64,000 nt of DNA from Nemertoderma westbladi (lineage: Eukaryota; Animalia; Xenacoelomorpha). The stretch is taken from contig JAUCBJ010007725.1 in NCBI GenBank assembly GCA_032718475.1, positions 122,569 to 186,568 of the forward strand, given 5' to 3'. The notes under the pieces are model-generated. The model searched no databases and had not been told where the DNA came from. It saw only the letters and a program-made list of their open reading frames with translations. Position 1 is the first letter of the stretch, and the number at the start of each line of letters is the position of its first letter. The position numbers were made by a program, and so were the translations under genes. Shown here in pieces: positions 61,631-64,000 of the stretch.

Positions 61631-64000
61631 TGTTAGCTTATTCAATCCCGCCAACACCCCATAAAGTTATTAGCCGATAAGCAATGTTGGGAGCCGCGAG
61701 ATTGGGTAATTAACCAACTCGCGCCATCCCAATAAGAGTGGGAAGGAAGCACACAATAGAGGGTCAGGGGCCAAACCCCTAACCCAGAGAACAGGTGGAG
61801 TGAACGGGAATACTCCACGGGGCGCCAACAAGGGTAACAACCAATCAGAGGGGGGCAAGGCATCGATTAGGTAGCAATTAGGCCAACCGTGCAGTATAGC
61901 CACTTGGCAGTAATATTACCTATTCAGTCATCTCAGTGTAGCAGTGCTAGCGTAGGATAATAGTTAATTAGTTTAGTTAGGGGATCACGGGACTTTAGTT
62001 ACCGTATCCCGCCTTGTACACATTCACAACATATCTATATCTTATAACCTCCTATTATACACCGAACTTCAGAACTCAGTCACTTTATTTCATCCTTATA
62101 CACGGCGGGGACGCGTGGACTAAATTACCACAACCGGATAAATCGGGATCCCTCTTGGATCCCGTCACAGTAACTAAAACCGAGCTGTCGATCTAGTTAA
62201 ACTCTAAGAACTACCGGTACAACCTAGCTAGCCGAATCATCAGCCACAGACGAGATGAGTGAATCGGGCGAGACACCACCGCGGACCCCGGACGAAGATC
62301 AAACGATCCGCGAGGCCGCGACCAGGCGGTATAGGCCCACGACGCCGGAGCCATCGGTAACGGGGGATCCGGAAGTCCAAGATGAGGGGGACCGTCTGGA
62401 ATCAGAACCCGAGTCGAGAGGAGAGGGACTCGAGCCGGAGGATAAAGAGAGCGAGATGGAGGGAGATGGAGACGAGTCGACACGAGAGGGAGAACGGCGC
62501 GCCGATGTCGCCGGCCAGCTACCGGCCGAGGGCGACGGGCGGCCCACCGAAACGGCGACGGTGGGGCCGACGGTGCGACGCCGGACACGAAGAGACGGAG
62601 GAGAGATCAGTACCGATGTCGCCGGCCAGCTACAGGCCGAGGGCGACGGACGGCCCACCGGAACGGCGACGGTGGAGCCGCCGGTACGACGTCGAACCCG
62701 GAGGGAAGGAGGAGAGGTCGGCGACGAGGACGTCGGGGTTTCTGAGCGACTTCGACGGGCCTACAACGCGACCCGGAAGTTGATAAACGACGCCAAGAAG
62801 GAAGGGGCGAAGGTAGACGAGGTGAGACTGAGAAAGCGACTAGGTGAGTCGGATAAACACTTAAATTACCTAATACGTTTTGAGCAGAGAAAACTGGCCG
62901 GGGAGAGAGCAAAAAGGATAGCCGGCGAACTGTTTGAACTATGGGAGTGTGGGAGTATGGGACCTAGCGTAGCGCCAGTGTACATAGGGCCATACTTGGT
63001 CGATGCCCGGGGAGTGAAACCAGTGGGTTGGAAGGGACCTGAGGAGGGCGAATCCGAGGCTAACACCGAGGATTCGGCCTCGTCGGTCGGAGAAAGCTCC
63101 GAAAAGGGGGGGAAAGCTAGTAGGTCGGGAAGGCGGGGGAAGTCCGTCGTAACCGATAAGTCTGCTACATCCTCCGCGAAAGAAAGAGCGGTGAGAAAAA
63201 TAGGAGCCACATACCGTCTCAGCATGGCAGAGCAAGGTCAGAGAGAAATGAAGGAACGGCTAGAGGAGGGAAGAGTGCGGTTAGAGAGGGAAGCGGTATT
63301 GCTTAGAGAAACCGGAGAAAGGGCCGAAAGGGCTTTGAAAAGCCTAAGGGAGTATGATGAGATAGAGGAAAGGGAGTGTAGGGAGCGGGAAGCGAGAGAG
63401 GAAAAGGAACGCGAGGAGCGTGAGGCGAGAATGGAAAAGGAACGCAAGGAGCGTGAGGCGGAACGCGAGGAGCGTGAGGCGAGAATGGAAAAGGAACGCA
63501 AGGAGCGTGAGGCGGAACGCAAGGAACGTGAGGCGGGATTGGAAAAGGAACGCAAGGAGCGTGAGGCGAGAAAGGAAAAGGAACGCAAAGAGCGTGGGGC
63601 GAGACGAAGGGAGAGCATTAAGAGTACCGCAGACTCGGCCATCAAGGACACCCAGGAGCGTGAGGGGATAGTGGCAAAGGGTGAAAAGGAGCGCAAGGAA
63701 TTAAAGGAACGGCAGAGTGAGTATGCGAAAAATATAATTAAAGAGACGCACGAGTTGGAATACGTGCGAGTGGGACCGCCGTCTGAAACTAGGGCCGGCT
63801 CGAGTATTTTTGAGGAGCCGAGGGCCGTAGATGTATTTGTTAATACTCCACTGACAGGGACCGCACGACAGACTCAAGACTGGTGCGACCGTACGAGCGG
63901 GGGGGGTAATAATAATAATGGTACAGTAGACGTTGTTGATATTAATAGTACCGTATGGGATAACGCTAATCAAACCTTTATTACAGGAAATACTTTGCCT
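61631..64000 (+). mobile_element. 5' part of a different LTR retrotransposon (superfamily undetermined); probable 5' LTR 61631-62169
   Basis: The satellite ends abruptly at TGTTAG. A candidate LTR end GTCACA lies at 62169, followed by a long gag-like ORF. The second LTR and TSD are outside the window. Confidence 0.7.
62255..64000 (+). CDS. Gag-like polyprotein N-terminus (at least 582 aa, runs off the window; absent from the supplied ORF track)
   Basis: Manual translation MSESGETPPRTPDEDQ... found no stop up to 64000. Contains a duplicated DVAGQL.AEGDGRPT segment and an E/R/K coiled-coil repeat (EKERKEREA) at 63380-63600. Confidence 0.75.
   Translation, partial: MSESGETPPRTPDEDQTIREAATRRYRPTTPEPSVTGDPEVQDEGDRLESEPESRGEGLEPEDKESEMEGDGDESTREGERRADVAGQLPAEGDGRPTETATVGPTVRRRTRRDGGEISTDVAGQLQAEGDGRPTGTATVEPPVRRRTRREGGEVGDEDVGVSERLRRAYNATRKLINDAKKEGAKVDEVRLRKRLGESDKHLNYLIRFEQRKLAGERAKRIAGELFELWECGSMGPSVAPVYIGPYLVDARGVKPVGWKGPEEGESEANTEDSASSVGESSEKGGKASRSGRRGKSVVTDKSATSSAKERAVRKIGATYRLSMAEQGQREMKERLEEGRVRLEREAVLLRETGERAERALKSLREYDEIEERECREREAREEKEREEREARMEKERKEREAEREEREARMEKERKEREAERKEREAGLEKERKEREARKEKERKERGARRRESIKSTADSAIKDTQEREGIVAKGEKERKELKERQSEYAKNIIKETHELEYVRVGPPSETRAGSSIFEEPRAVDVFVNTPLTGTARQTQDWCDRTSGGGNNNNGTVDVVDINSTVWDNANQTFITGNTLP

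Noticed and set aside
54818-61657. Giant (TTKANYILFS)n ORFs (also 34247-38551, 12807-13412, 6396-7121)
   Set aside because: Artefact of a 30-bp monomer with one stop-free frame. Starts lie inside LTRs or variant monomers, stops arise freely from the aaatta variant, and retroelements interrupt the array.
62211-63973. Minus-strand Ser/Arg/Leu-rich ORFs, and similar short antisense ORFs within BEL pol and the LTRs
   Set aside because: These are shadow frames of the long sense ORFs or chance ORFs. Several LTR ORFs are not preserved between copies 1 and 2.

Overview
Eukaryotic (probably invertebrate animal) genomic DNA, not prokaryotic. At the left are four exons of a minus-strand rhodopsin-class GPCR (TM1-TM7, 296 visible codons). 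Its third visible intron holds a ~58-bp minisatellite, apparently amplified from the 3' end of an RTE LINE, with a 5'-truncated RTE insertion inside it. Upstream of these exons lies about 21.6 kb of a 30-bp AT-rich satellite with higher-order structure, inferred to be inside a first intron of more than 57 kb. The satellite is interrupted by a 3'-truncated LINE, two full-length copies of one BEL/Pao LTR retrotransposon family, and the 5' part of a third LTR element. The BEL family is the unusual part. It has 1.9-kb LTRs ending TA...TA and no tRNA-type PBS. Instead its 11-nt PBS is exactly complementary to an 11-mer inside its own LTR, and the two change together between copies, which suggests Tf1-like self-priming. 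It also has a tRNA-derived Pol III A/B-box cassette in U3, an extra triple zinc-knuckle ORF downstream of pol, and a 17-nt motif repeated along the element in different reading frames and in non-coding DNA. The third LTR element shows a similar 9-nt self-complementary PBS. All calls come from reading the sequence by eye; no searches or folding programs were run.
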